Numbered from the stretch's first letter, positions 20,381-30,529 are shown. The stretch: 64,000 bases of DNA from Polyangiales bacterium (GCA_038230375.1 JBBRNJ010000025.1:37879-101878), one strand, 5' to 3'. A program made the numbers and translations. Notes: generated from the letters alone by a model not told the origin.

Positions 20381-22056
20381 GCTGGTTCAATGATCTGGGT
20401 ACGACGAAGAAGCTGTTCCTGTGTTTCGGCTTTCTCGCGGCGATGCTCGCGGGCGTCGGGTATGTGGGCATCACGGCAGTTGCGGAAACGAACGCGAGCG
20501 TCGATACGGCCTACAATCGCGACCTGAAGGGGGTCATGCTGGCGATGCACGCCGACATGGAGCGCCTTGTCATCGCGAAGAACTACAGAACAGGACTTCT
20601 GGCCAACGACCCAGCAGGCCGTGAGCATGCCCTACGCTCCCTGGACGACTCGGAGAGAACCTTCGCCACGACGCTGAACGAACTCCAGGCCTCACTCATT
20701 CTGCAAGACAACATCACGCGCGTGGAGGAAACGAAGCGGATGACTGTCGACTATCTTCGGCTCGCGCGCGAGGCCATCCGCGCCTCCGCGTCCGACCACC
20801 AGCGCGCCATGGTGCTTCTCGAGGAAGCCACCGCGGTTGGAATGAAGATCGGAGCCGAGATCGACGCGCTGCTGGCGACGAAGTTCCAGCTCACGAAGCG
20901 CGAGCAGGAGAAGAGTCAGGAGCGCTACATGCACAGCCGCAACGTGGTGGGCGGCTCGACGATCGTTGCGATGTTCTTCGCCTTCGTCTGCGCCATGGTG
21001 GTGGGACGCGCAATCGCGATCCCGCTGAAGGATTCGGTCCAGGTGCTGGAGACGGTTGCTCAGGGCGACCTGACCGTGCGCCTGAAGCACCAGAGCAAGG
21101 ACGAGATCGGGAAGCTCGCAGTGGCGCTCAATGCCTCTCTCGAGTCAATCCAGAGCACACTCGCGAATGCGCAGAGCATCTCCATCGAAGTATCGGCGGC
21201 AGCAACGCAGATGGCAGCGAGCGCTCAGCAGATCTCGAGTGGCGCACAGGAGCAGGCGGCAAGCCTGGAAGAGACCGCGGCGAGCCTGGAAGAGATCAGC
21301 TCGACGGTCAAACAGAACACGGACAACGCACAGCAGGCGTCGCAGCTCGCGAACGGCGCGCGCGATGCTGCAGAGCACGGTGGTCAGGTCGTGGAGTCCG
21401 CAGTCGCGGCCATGAACGAGATCACGAAGTCGTCGAAGAAGATCGCCGACATCATCACGACGATCGACGAGATTGCCTTCCAGACGAACCTGCTGGCCCT
21501 GAACGCAGCGGTGGAAGCGGCCCGCGCCGGTGAGCAAGGTCGCGGATTCGGTGTCGTCGCTGCAGAGGTTCGAAGCCTTGCGCAGCGCACGGCGACCGCG
21601 GCGAAGGAGATCCGCGGTCTCATCGCGGATTCGTCCAGCAAGGTCGAGGCGGGCACCTTCCAGGTGAACCAGTCGGGCGAGACGCTGGAGGACATCGTGA
21701 AGAGCGTGAAACGCGTCACGGACATGGTCGCGGAGATCGCGGCTGCGTCTCGCGAGCAGACCACGGGCATCGAGCAGGTGAATACCGCAGTGACGCAGGT
21801 GGACCAGGTGACCCAGCTCAACGCAGCGCAGACGGAGGAGCTCTCCGCCACCGCCATCTCGCTGTCCGACAAGGCAAACGATCTTCGTGAGCGCATCGCC
21901 AGGTTCGAGCTGGGGACGGAGCCGCCCGCCCGTGCCCTCACCAAGCCCACCGCGCCGGCCGCCGGCAAGAAGGTTGCCTACCTCCACGCTGCTCGCCCGG
22001 CAGCGCAGGCGGCACCGAAGCTCGGCAAGGTCGCAAACGGCTACGAGGAATTCTGA
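20377..22056 (+). CDS. Methyl-accepting chemotaxis protein (TM-four-helix sensor-TM-HAMP-signalling) with C-terminal pentapeptide GYEEF
   Basis: IAFQTNLLALNAAVEAARAGEQGRGF; DEIG HAMP motif; two TM segments. Confidence 0.97.
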   Translation: MSWFNDLGTTKKLFLCFGFLAAMLAGVGYVGITAVAETNASVDTAYNRDLKGVMLAMHADMERLVIAKNYRTGLLANDPAGREHALRSLDDSERTFATTLNELQASLILQDNITRVEETKRMTVDYLRLAREAIRASASDHQRAMVLLEEATAVGMKIGAEIDALLATKFQLTKREQEKSQERYMHSRNVVGGSTIVAMFFAFVCAMVVGRAIAIPLKDSVQVLETVAQGDLTVRLKHQSKDEIGKLAVALNASLESIQSTLANAQSISIEVSAAATQMAASAQQISSGAQEQAASLEETAASLEEISSTVKQNTDNAQQASQLANGARDAAEHGGQVVESAVAAMNEITKSSKKIADIITTIDEIAFQTNLLALNAAVEAARAGEQGRGFGVVAAEVRSLAQRTATAAKEIRGLIADSSSKVEAGTFQVNQSGETLEDIVKSVKRVTDMVAEIAAASREQTTGIEQVNTAVTQVDQVTQLNAAQTEELSATAISLSDKANDLRERIARFELGTEPPARALTKPTAPAAGKKVAYLHAARPAAQAAPKLGKVANGYEEF

Positions 22057-22068
22057 GAGGAGCCAGCC

Positions 22069-23202
22069 ATGAACGTCATCGTCATCGAGGAGGTCGCCGG
22101 CGAGTACGCGGCGCTGGGAGAGATGATCCGCAAGACGGGACACGCCACACAGGTGGTCCCGTCGGATCGGGGGCCGGACGCCGTCGCCAACGAGATGCCG
22201 GACATCGTCGTGATGGGCGCGCGGAAGGCGCACGATGCGATCGCGGCGTACGCCAAGGCGCTCGGCGGCTGCGATGATGGTGCGTACCGCGCCCTCATCG
22301 CGATCGTGGACGGCGACACGTCCGACGCGCGCGCGGTTGCAAATAGCAGCGGCGCTGACGAGGTCGTGCTCTCGACCGCGAGCCCCAGCGAAATCGTCGA
22401 CCACGTGCGCTCGTCGGAACGTATCGTGCGCCTGGAACGGAAGCTGCGCGAGCGCGTCGTGGAGCTGGAAGCAGCGCTGCGTCGCCTGTCGTTCGCGGCA
22501 GTCGTTCGTGGTGAAGGCGTGGCGGCGGCGGCGAATGTTCAGAACAAGGGCGGCATTCGGTTCCTGCTCACGCACGCGTGGACAGCCGTGGACGACATCC
22601 TCCGCGGCATGTGCGCGGAGTACCTGCAGCGCCCGTTCAACCAGGTGGGCGGTAACGTTCGCGTTCCACACGGGTGCATCGGCGCCAGCATCTCGCTCAC
22701 GGACGTGGAGAACGAGCTGGGGCTGGAGATCAGTTTCGTGACCACGGCAGCCACGGCGAAGAACGTTGCCGCCATGTTCACGGGCGATCCTTCGATCGTT
22801 GACGACGACGTGGTGAAGGACGTGCTGCTGGAGCTCGCGAACTCCGGAATGGGCGCGGTGCGCGCTGCGTTCCTGTCGGAGGAGTTCCGCTTTGCGGCGT
22901 CCCCCCCGAAGCCGCTCGCCGCCGTGTCCCTTCCGAAGCTGGTCGAGCGCGTGGAGGCGAAGCGAGTCCTCACCTTCCGCAATGGCGAGGACGTCGTGTA
23001 CGTCGTCGTCGCCGTGCGAAGCCAGGGCCGCATCAAGCTGCGCGCGACCAATCTGCGCGAAGGCATGGTCGTCGCCAGCGATATCACCAACGACGCAGGC
23101 GTCCTGCTGGTCCGGGCCGGCACCCGACTCACGGAGACAGCCGCAAGCCGCGTGGCGAAGATGGTTCCGAACAAGGAAATCGAGCTCGCCGACGCCGCGT
23201 GA
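22069..23202 (+). CDS. Pseudo-receiver + CheX/CheC-like phosphatase + small C-terminal domain
   Basis: PDIVVMG (phosphoacceptor D replaced by G); DVLLELANSGMG ExxN motif; LREGMVVASDI...LLVRAGTRLT. Confidence 0.7.
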   Translation: MNVIVIEEVAGEYAALGEMIRKTGHATQVVPSDRGPDAVANEMPDIVVMGARKAHDAIAAYAKALGGCDDGAYRALIAIVDGDTSDARAVANSSGADEVVLSTASPSEIVDHVRSSERIVRLERKLRERVVELEAALRRLSFAAVVRGEGVAAAANVQNKGGIRFLLTHAWTAVDDILRGMCAEYLQRPFNQVGGNVRVPHGCIGASISLTDVENELGLEISFVTTAATAKNVAAMFTGDPSIVDDDVVKDVLLELANSGMGAVRAAFLSEEFRFAASPPKPLAAVSLPKLVERVEAKRVLTFRNGEDVVYVVVAVRSQGRIKLRATNLREGMVVASDITNDAGVLLVRAGTRLTETAASRVAKMVPNKEIELADAA

Positions 23203-23272
23203 TGCGATTCACGCTCATGGTCCGGCGACCCAAGCCGTTCCCGGATCTGCAGTTCAAACGAAAGGTCTTCGC

Positions 23273-24262
23273 ATGCGTCACTCCCTCGTCATCGCCCCCA
23301 TGATTCTCGCGACCACGTTCAGCTCGGCCGCCTACGCGCAGGAGCCGGCGCCAGCCCCCGCTGCGCAAGCCCCAGCCGCACCCGACACCGCCCAGGCCGG
23401 CAGGAAGGAGAGCTTCGATGTAGCCCCTCCGTCGCCTCAAGCCGTTTCGGCCATCCAGCTGCGCGGCCTTGCGCCGAGCACTGGGCTCCGCCTTGACACC
23501 ACGATCGCGCCGTACAGGAGCGCCAGCTCGCACCTTGGCTACACCGAGACCGTGAGCCTGTTCTCCGCGTCCGTGAAGGTGCATCGCCTTCTTGCACTGC
23601 AGGCGCGCTGGGGCGTGATGAGCAGTGCGCCCGTGACCACTGGCGAATCCGCGACCGGCACGACGAATGCGACGGTCGGAGCGCTCTTCGGAACGAGCCT
23701 CAACGAGCACTGGCGCATCGCCGCATCGGGGACCGTAGGGCTTCCCACCGGCGCTGGCGGCGGCAACACGCCGAATTCGGACATGACGATCGCCGTGAAA
23801 TCAGCCTCCCTCGCGCGCGCGGGCATGGACAACACCATGTTTGCCATGAACGACGTGGGCTTCCCGGTCGGTGGCGATCTGGCGTACGTGCGCGGGCCAT
23901 TCACTGCGCAGCTCGAGGCGAACATCATCCCGTCGTTCCGGGTGCAGGGCGAAAAGAAGTCCCCCGACGCAAGCAAGGTGAACTCCACGACTGCGCTGTT
24001 CGTCGGCTACTTCATACTGCCGAACCGGCTCTCCGTGGGCGGCGAGCTCCGCAACATGCGCTACCTGTCAGATCCCGTCGCTGTGCAGAAGGACTCCTCG
24101 CAACGCGACAACCTGAGCGCCGCGGGCGGCATCCGCGCCTACTTCAAGATCGCGGAGGGAGCCACTGCGCGCCCCGGCATCTCTTACGGAGCGGGACTCT
24201 ACGGCGCAATCGCTGACGCTCGGTACCAGATGGCGCAGGTCGACCTTCCCGTTTCGTTCTGA
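23273..24262 (+). CDS. Secreted protein, probable outer-membrane beta-barrel
   Basis: Signal peptide ending AYA|QE, alternating amphipathic strands, terminal Phe (VDLPVSF). Confidence 0.7.
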   Translation: MRHSLVIAPMILATTFSSAAYAQEPAPAPAAQAPAAPDTAQAGRKESFDVAPPSPQAVSAIQLRGLAPSTGLRLDTTIAPYRSASSHLGYTETVSLFSASVKVHRLLALQARWGVMSSAPVTTGESATGTTNATVGALFGTSLNEHWRIAASGTVGLPTGAGGGNTPNSDMTIAVKSASLARAGMDNTMFAMNDVGFPVGGDLAYVRGPFTAQLEANIIPSFRVQGEKKSPDASKVNSTTALFVGYFILPNRLSVGGELRNMRYLSDPVAVQKDSSQRDNLSAAGGIRAYFKIAEGATARPGISYGAGLYGAIADARYQMAQVDLPVSF

Positions 24263-24679
24263 GCGACCGACGACAGCGGGGACGTGACGACGACGCCACA
24301 TGATGTGTTGCCGTCAGTTGCCAACGCCTGCGTTGTAGTGCGCGAGTACGCGCTCGTTCCACGGACCGCGCCGTCGACGTGACGATGGGCCTGCCCGAGA
24401 GTGTTCCAGTGGAGGTTGCGCCCTAGTACCGCGCCACAGAGGAATGGACCGATTGCCATCGCCGAGACTGCGATGTCGCGGCGAGTCTAGCTTGTTCGGG
24501 CACGAGTCGTATCCAACCAGTCGATTCCACTGTGTCGCGGTACTAGTGGCAGACGGACGCCACCTTGGGATCGGCTTCGACCCGCTGCGCGCGGGCTTCG
24601 ACATGCCGCTCGACGGCACACGGTTCGCCATCAACGCCCGCAGCGAGATCACCGTGCGCTGGGTGCACTGACCCAGCCA

Positions 24680-24900
24680 GCCGTCCGCACGGTCGCATCG
24701 TCGTGGTCGAGGCGATCATCCCCGAGGACGGCCGCCCATCGCCGAACGCATTGATGGACATGAACATGCTCGCCCTCATGCCTGGTCGCGAGCGCACGCT
24801 ACGCGAGCTCCGAGACCTCTTCGCGGCGGCCGACCTGGAGGTCGAGCGCGTATCGCAAACGCGCTCAGCCTTCGACATCATCGAGCTTGCGGCCCCGTGA
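24680..24900 (+). pseudogene. C-terminal fragment of a SAM-dependent O-methyltransferase
   Basis: RPHGRIVVVEAIIP...DMNMLALMPGRERTLRELRDLFAAADL is a typical O-MTase C-terminus; no SAM-binding N-terminal part upstream. Confidence 0.75.
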
Positions 24901-24912
24901 TGTGAGGAGCGC

Positions 24913-25521
24913 TCAGCCCGACTTCACTTGCCCGGCTCTCGGAGGCAGTGGCCTGAGAATCTCCGGAACGGGCTCGGGAGCACCCATCCAGAGACTGCAC
25001 GCCACCATGGCTGCCTGAATGCACTTCGACAGGTTGAAGGCGGTCGCAACGGGCTTCTGGCTGCCACCGCTGCCGCTGCCGCTGCCGCCGCCCTTCGATC
25101 CTCCGCCGGTGTTCTGCGTAGAGGTGGTGCCGGGGATGGCGAATGCCGTGACTTCGTACGGCGACGCGACCGCGGTGCCGGTCTTGTCGTCGGTGAACAA
25201 GATCTCGGCTTGCGCTTCGTTGATGACGTACGTGCCGAGGATCAGGCAGCTCGCCGGAGCCGTGGCGGGATCCTTGTTACAGATGTCGCCCGCACTCCAG
25301 ACGCCGTAGCGGCCCGAAGCCTCCAGCTTCAGCCACGCGTAGTCCGGAGAGCCCTCGATCTTGTAGATGCCGCTCGGCTCGATGGACTTCGGGACACTGC
25401 TCGACGCGCCGGTGCCGGAGTTGCCGCCGGGATCTCCGAGATCCTGGGAGGAGCCGCAGCCAGCAAGGGCCGAGGCGATAGCGAGCACGGCAACCGAAAG
25501 AGAGCGCGGAAGGCGGAGCAT
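24913..25521 (-). CDS. Hypothetical lipoprotein
   Basis: MLRLPRSLSVAVLAIASALAGC lipobox. Confidence 0.7.
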   Translation of the reverse strand: MLRLPRSLSVAVLAIASALAGCGSSQDLGDPGGNSGTGASSSVPKSIEPSGIYKIEGSPDYAWLKLEASGRYGVWSAGDICNKDPATAPASCLILGTYVINEAQAEILFTDDKTGTAVASPYEVTAFAIPGTTSTQNTGGGSKGGGSGSGSGGSQKPVATAFNLSKCIQAAMVACSLWMGAPEPVPEILRPLPPRAGQVKSG

Positions 25522-25741
25522 CCAGACTTCTGTTGCAAGGCGCATGCAAGCACGCCGAGTGCGTGTTTTGCGGCGCGGGCGACACGGAACCCGCATGGCT
25601 TGTTTTCCCGGGTATGGGTCACCGCTCCACCACTCCGCGGGCCGCTGTCACCTTGCCGCGACAGTGACTCGTGCGCCTTCGGGGCGCTAGGATTGGAAGG
25701 TGCCGGGCGTGGGAAACAACACGAGACTCCAGACGTCTGCG

Positions 25742-26518
25742 ATGGCGATTCCGCCTGCGACGTTCGTCGTCGTCCGCCAGTCGAGCAGGCGGAGCCTGGT
25801 TCGGCTCACGCTCCTCGTCTCGTTGTTCGTTTCGGTGGGGCTGCTCGTCTATGCGATGTGGAGGGGCGCGCCCCTCTTGCCCGTGTCCATGGCGCTCACG
25901 ATCGTCGTGTGCATGCTGGCGGGGCTCGCCACGCCGTGGAAGGTCGTCGTCATGCTGGGGACGGACGGGCTCCGGCTTCGTGGCGCGCTATTTCCTTCTG
26001 CGGAGTTCATCCCCTACCCGCGCCTCTTGCGCACCGACGTGGACGGACCTGTGGTCTGGCTCGCGCTCGAGACCGGAAAACGGATCGGCCTTCGCTTTCC
26101 GCGTCGCAGCCGCCACCTCGCGCGCGAGCTCACCGTCCGCCTCGACCAGGCCGTCGTTGCCCACCGTTCGATACAGCATCCGTTCGCCGCCGTGCTTGGT
26201 CGCGGCGGGCGCTCGTTTACGGATTGGTGGAGCGTTCTTGCAGGCCGATCACCGGATGCGGCCTACAGGGAGATCGCCATCCCGCGAGTGGCGCTGATCG
26301 CCACGATCGAAGACGTCAACGCTCCGGCCGACGTCCGGCTCGGCGCCGCGGTCGCACTTCGCCGCCTCGGGCTCGACGACATCAGCCGCGCGCGCCTCCG
26401 GGTCGCTTCACAGCTCACGCGCGATCAAAAGCTCCGGATCGGCCTCGACCGTGCAGCGGCCGACGACGAGGACGCGATAGCCACCGCGGTCGACGATTTC
26501 TGCGACGCCCACCGCTGA
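25742..26518 (+). CDS. Hypothetical membrane protein (2 TM, C-terminal helical/HEAT-like region)
   Basis: Two hydrophobic segments, then AAYR...RLGAAVAL. Confidence 0.65.
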   Translation: MAIPPATFVVVRQSSRRSLVRLTLLVSLFVSVGLLVYAMWRGAPLLPVSMALTIVVCMLAGLATPWKVVVMLGTDGLRLRGALFPSAEFIPYPRLLRTDVDGPVVWLALETGKRIGLRFPRRSRHLARELTVRLDQAVVAHRSIQHPFAAVLGRGGRSFTDWWSVLAGRSPDAAYREIAIPRVALIATIEDVNAPADVRLGAAVALRRLGLDDISRARLRVASQLTRDQKLRIGLDRAAADDEDAIATAVDDFCDAHR

Positions 26519-26863
26519 GTGCTCTCCACCCCATCGCAAGCGCAGCCAGAGGCCGCGACCCCGCCCGCGACGAGCACTGCCAGCACCGCGAGCCCCGGCA
26601 CCGCGAGCCCCGGCACCGCGAACGGCGTGGGGCAGTCGTGCGGAACACGTGGCGCTGCGGCATGTCTGGCCACCCTGTACTGCAACTACGTCCCCGGCGA
26701 CGACTGCGGCGCGTCCGATAAACCCGGTCAATGCGCCGAGCGTCCCCAGGTGTGCACCGCGGATGTCGATCCCGCCTGCGGCTGCGACGGCAAGACCTAC
26801 GGCAACGCGTGCACCGCCAACACCGCAGGCGTGGGCGTGAAGAAGAAGGGCGCCTGCCCGTAG
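26519..26863 (+). CDS. Kazal-type protease inhibitor domain protein, apparently lacking its signal peptide
   Basis: CTADVDPACGCDGKTYGNACTANTAGV...GAC Kazal motif; the frame opens immediately after the upstream stop. Confidence 0.75.
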   Translation: MLSTPSQAQPEAATPPATSTASTASPGTASPGTANGVGQSCGTRGAAACLATLYCNYVPGDDCGASDKPGQCAERPQVCTADVDPACGCDGKTYGNACTANTAGVGVKKKGACP

Positions 26864-26978
26864 TCTTCGCGGTGGCGCGCGGAGTGACATCCGCCTCGGC
26901 GCGATGACCATTCGGGCGCCCAGCTCGGCGAAAATGTATTTGCCTTCTGGGGGCAGATACGAGTGCTATACGGGGGCC

Positions 26979-28301
26979 ATGATGTGGCTTCGTAGGGCCG
27001 TCGTCGTCCTGCCGCTCGCGTTCGGGGTTGCTTGCACGGAGAGCCATGGTTCGAACGAGATCGTCGTCGCCACGGTGACGCGTTGCACCGAGTCACGAGC
27101 TGCAGAGCCGATCACGGAGCTCGGCATGGAGGGCCGTCGGCAGGCCTTCTTCTCGGTTCACCCGCTGGCGCAGCTGAAGAACCTGGGCGGACGTACGATG
27201 ACGGCGCCGCGCATTGTGGCGGTCTTCTTCGGGGAAGACACCATGCGGCGGCAGACGGAGGCGTTGATGCAGTCGTACGGGTGCACGCCGTTCTGGCGTG
27301 ATGCCGTCGGCGAGTACGGGGTCGGCGATGCCCTCTACGAAAGGACGATCGTCGTCGCCGAGGTGCCCCCTGTACTGGCGACGCCGGACCTGGGGGCGTT
27401 CGAAGCGTGGGTCGTGGACAGCGAGGCCGCCGGAATGTTCGGAGCTCTGACCGAGGAGCACGCCCTCATGTTCTTCCTTCCGCCGAAGGTCACCCTGCTC
27501 TCCGACGACTGCTCTGCCAGGCTCGGCGCGCACTCGGGCGTCGTCACGAAGGACCAGCGGCACATTGCCTACGCCTACTTCGATGCGTGCACGACGACCA
27601 CGAATGCCGATGACCTTGCGACACGCACTCATGCGATCACGCACGAGCTCATCGAGATGTCGATGGATCCCGACCCGGCCATACCGGCGTGGAATACGCT
27701 CGACGTGGGAATCGCAGCCCCTTCGCTGCGCCCGAGCATCGGGAATGGCGATACCGAAGGAGCTGACTTCTGCAACGACCACCTGGCGACTGCAGCGGAC
27801 TACCCGTTCGAGATCGCGCGCAACTTCTCGAATCGGAGCGCGCGCGCCGGACGTGACCCTTGCGATCTGGCTGCGCCGCTCGCGCCGCTGGCTGCGCTCC
27901 GGGACAATCGCGCCGGAATGGGTCCGACCTCGATCGATCTCTCGAGCGGCGCCGCTCACGTCGTCCTCGACATCTTCGCAGAAGATCCGTCCGACGTGCT
28001 GTCGCTCGAAGCATTCGCCGTGATCGCGGATGGCGACGCCTCCAGTGAGTATTCGCTGCTCGGTGCGACGAGAGCGACCACTCACGATGGTGACGTCGCC
28101 GCGATCGATCTCCGTCTGACGCTCCCGTTCTATGCGGCGAGCGAGGTCGCAAAGGCGACCCGGACCGAGGTCTTGATCCAGCTCTGCACGAAGCCCGTGA
28201 ACGTGAGCAACACAGTGTGCGGTCAGTCCCGTATCCCGATCAGCGCGTTGCCTCCCGTACAGCCACCACCAGACGCCGGGGCCGGCGACGCAGGTCACTG
28301 A
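26979..28301 (+). CDS. Hypothetical lipoprotein with HExxE motif
   Basis: AFGVAC lipobox; ITHELIEMSMDP; EGADFC...FSNRSARAGRDPC. Confidence 0.75.
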   Translation: MMWLRRAVVVLPLAFGVACTESHGSNEIVVATVTRCTESRAAEPITELGMEGRRQAFFSVHPLAQLKNLGGRTMTAPRIVAVFFGEDTMRRQTEALMQSYGCTPFWRDAVGEYGVGDALYERTIVVAEVPPVLATPDLGAFEAWVVDSEAAGMFGALTEEHALMFFLPPKVTLLSDDCSARLGAHSGVVTKDQRHIAYAYFDACTTTTNADDLATRTHAITHELIEMSMDPDPAIPAWNTLDVGIAAPSLRPSIGNGDTEGADFCNDHLATAADYPFEIARNFSNRSARAGRDPCDLAAPLAPLAALRDNRAGMGPTSIDLSSGAAHVVLDIFAEDPSDVLSLEAFAVIADGDASSEYSLLGATRATTHDGDVAAIDLRLTLPFYAASEVAKATRTEVLIQLCTKPVNVSNTVCGQSRIPISALPPVQPPPDAGAGDAGH

Positions 28302-28336
28302 GCGGTCCACGTCCACGACTCACTCGTACGCGACTG

Positions 28337-29179
28337 TCAGCGTGCGTACACCTCGAGCCTTCGTGTCTTGAACTGCCCGGCGTTCGCGACGAAGGTCCAG
28401 TCGAGGTGCTTCGTGTCGGGACCCGGACCGATGCCGATGTCGATGTCGTTGCCCGACACCGCCCACCTGTGGAAGCCGAGCACCGGGGCGCCGCCGACGT
28501 TGATCTGCATCGTGCCGTAGCAGCTCGGCATGGCCGGCTGAATCACGTCGAGACCGTCGTAGGTGCCCCCGTCAGCGTCGGGATCGTAGCAATTGGACCA
28601 CAGCTGGACGTGGCCGCCGGTCTTCGCAAGGACGCTCTTCTGGTTCGCGGAGAACGAGTAGACGATCACGTTGCTCACGGGCGCGTCGAAGGTGTACGTC
28701 ACTGGCACACCGAGCTGCGTCGCGTCCTGCGTGAACGCGTCCATCTCGATCCAGATCTCGTCCTGGTCGAGCACCAGGTGGTAGCCCACGCGCGAGAGCG
28801 CATTGAACGCCGATGCATGGTTGCTCGAGTACGGCACCGCCGCTGCGGTCGTCCAGGCCGCGCTCGTCGGCACGTCCAGGCCGTACACGAGCGACAGCTC
28901 GCATGCGATCCCCGCCCTTTCTTTGGGACACGCGTCGCTGCACGTCGCGCCGGTGAAGCCCGGACGGCAGACCGTCGCGGAGCCGTCCCCCCCAGCGTCG
29001 CCCTGCGCGGCTGCATCCGAACCGTCCACGAGCGAACCGTCGACCAGAGAACCTGCATCGACCAGCGCGGCATCGGCGGCCACAGACTGGTCGCCGATGT
29101 AGCCGGCGAAGCTGGTGGCGAGCGAGCAGGCGGATGTGGCTACGAGCACACCTATCCATAAAGCGACAGCGGACCTCAC
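28337..29179 (-). CDS. Secreted lipoprotein with an EGF-like motif and a C-terminal beta-rich domain
   Basis: ATSAC lipobox; CRPGFTGATC EGF-like; MDAFT...YGTMQIN...DIGIG...DWTF. Confidence 0.75.
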   Translation of the reverse strand: MRSAVALWIGVLVATSACSLATSFAGYIGDQSVAADAALVDAGSLVDGSLVDGSDAAAQGDAGGDGSATVCRPGFTGATCSDACPKERAGIACELSLVYGLDVPTSAAWTTAAAVPYSSNHASAFNALSRVGYHLVLDQDEIWIEMDAFTQDATQLGVPVTYTFDAPVSNVIVYSFSANQKSVLAKTGGHVQLWSNCYDPDADGGTYDGLDVIQPAMPSCYGTMQINVGGAPVLGFHRWAVSGNDIDIGIGPGPDTKHLDWTFVANAGQFKTRRLEVYAR

Positions 29180-30444
29180 CGCGCCTTGAGCCCGTTGATG
29201 ACCAGCGGCTCCTTCCGCCCACGGATCGGTATGTCGCCGAGCGGCTCGAAGATCGCGAGCTCCTGCTCCCCCGCCTGCTCTGCGATCCGCCGCGTGGTCT
29301 CGCCGCTCACCAGCACGTCGGTCCCCTTGTCCTTGGTCGCGCTCTCCAGCCGCGAGGCCGTGTTCACGGTGTCACCGATCACCGTGAACTCGAGACGCGA
29401 GCCGCTGCCCAGGCATCCAGTGACGACCGGCCCCGAGTGCACCGCAACGCCGATCTTGAGGGCCGGTAGGCTCGCCTTCTCGCGCGCGGCGTTCAGCGCG
29501 ACGATCTCGCGACGGATGTTGATGCACGCCTCCACCGCCCGCGCCGCATGATCCTCCAGCGCCTCGGGCGCCCCGAACACCGCGAGCATCCCGTCGCCCA
29601 GGAACTTGTCCACGGTGCCGCCCTGGTCCTTCACGGCGCGCGCGAACGTGCCCTGCACCTCGTTCAATAGCGCGAAGGCCTCCGTGGGGCTCATCTTCTC
29701 CGCCATGGTGGTGAAGCCGCGGAGGTCGGTCATCATGATGGTGGCGTCGATGCTGCGCGGCTCCGTGAGCAGCGCGAGCGGGTTCGTGCCGGCGGCCTCG
29801 ATCACGCGATCCGGCAAGAATCGCTGCAGGGTGACCTTGCTCACCTCGCTGCGAATGGCGCGCCGCATGATGCTCACCATCCACATGCCCAGCGCGCCCA
29901 CGCTGATGAGCATGTTGAGCCCATAGAACGTCCACACGACGTGCGTGGTGACTGCGATCATGCCCAGGTACGAGACGAACGCGAGCACCGTCGTGAAGAT
30001 GGCGGACTTCCGCGTGAGGCGCAGGCCGCCCGATGCAGCCAGCAGCGCAGCGCAGATGGACCACACGATCACGACGCCGCGACGCACCTCGGTGTCGCCG
30101 TCGAGCGCCAGGCGCCAGGCGTTCGTGAACGTCGCGAAGATGAGGAGCGCGTCGGTGACGGGGATGACGGTGGTGACCCACGGCCGATAGAAGCCGCGAC
30201 GAAGCGCGATGGCGAAGACCGCCGCGGCCGAGAACCACACGAACGCGAGCAGGGGCAGCCACACGTTCACATGCGCGAAACCCGCCTCGGCAGGGAAGAA
30301 ATAGAGCACCGAGTTGAGTAGAACCACGGGCAAGAGCGCGATCGTGCGCACCGACGCGAGCATCAGCTCTGCGCGGCGCGCTTCCACGCGCAGCGTGCGG
30401 TCTACCGAGGCCGCGATGTCTGCGTGTGCACTGGCCCGTCCCAT
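29176..30444 (-). CDS. Membrane-bound class III adenylate cyclase
   Basis: About six TM helices; TDLRGFT, DKFLGDG, FTVIGDTVNTASRLE (K/T pattern of ATP-specific bacterial cyclases). Confidence 0.92.
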   Translation of the reverse strand: MGRASAHADIAASVDRTLRVEARRAELMLASVRTIALLPVVLLNSVLYFFPAEAGFAHVNVWLPLLAFVWFSAAAVFAIALRRGFYRPWVTTVIPVTDALLIFATFTNAWRLALDGDTEVRRGVVIVWSICAALLAASGGLRLTRKSAIFTTVLAFVSYLGMIAVTTHVVWTFYGLNMLISVGALGMWMVSIMRRAIRSEVSKVTLQRFLPDRVIEAAGTNPLALLTEPRSIDATIMMTDLRGFTTMAEKMSPTEAFALLNEVQGTFARAVKDQGGTVDKFLGDGMLAVFGAPEALEDHAARAVEACINIRREIVALNAAREKASLPALKIGVAVHSGPVVTGCLGSGSRLEFTVIGDTVNTASRLESATKDKGTDVLVSGETTRRIAEQAGEQELAIFEPLGDIPIRGRKEPLVINGLKAR

Positions 30445-30529
30445 GTCGATGGAGAATTACAGCTCGAATTCCACCTGGTGTGCGCGATATTTACGGAACT
30501 CTCGGCAACTCGCCGTGTCACCTTGGGTC

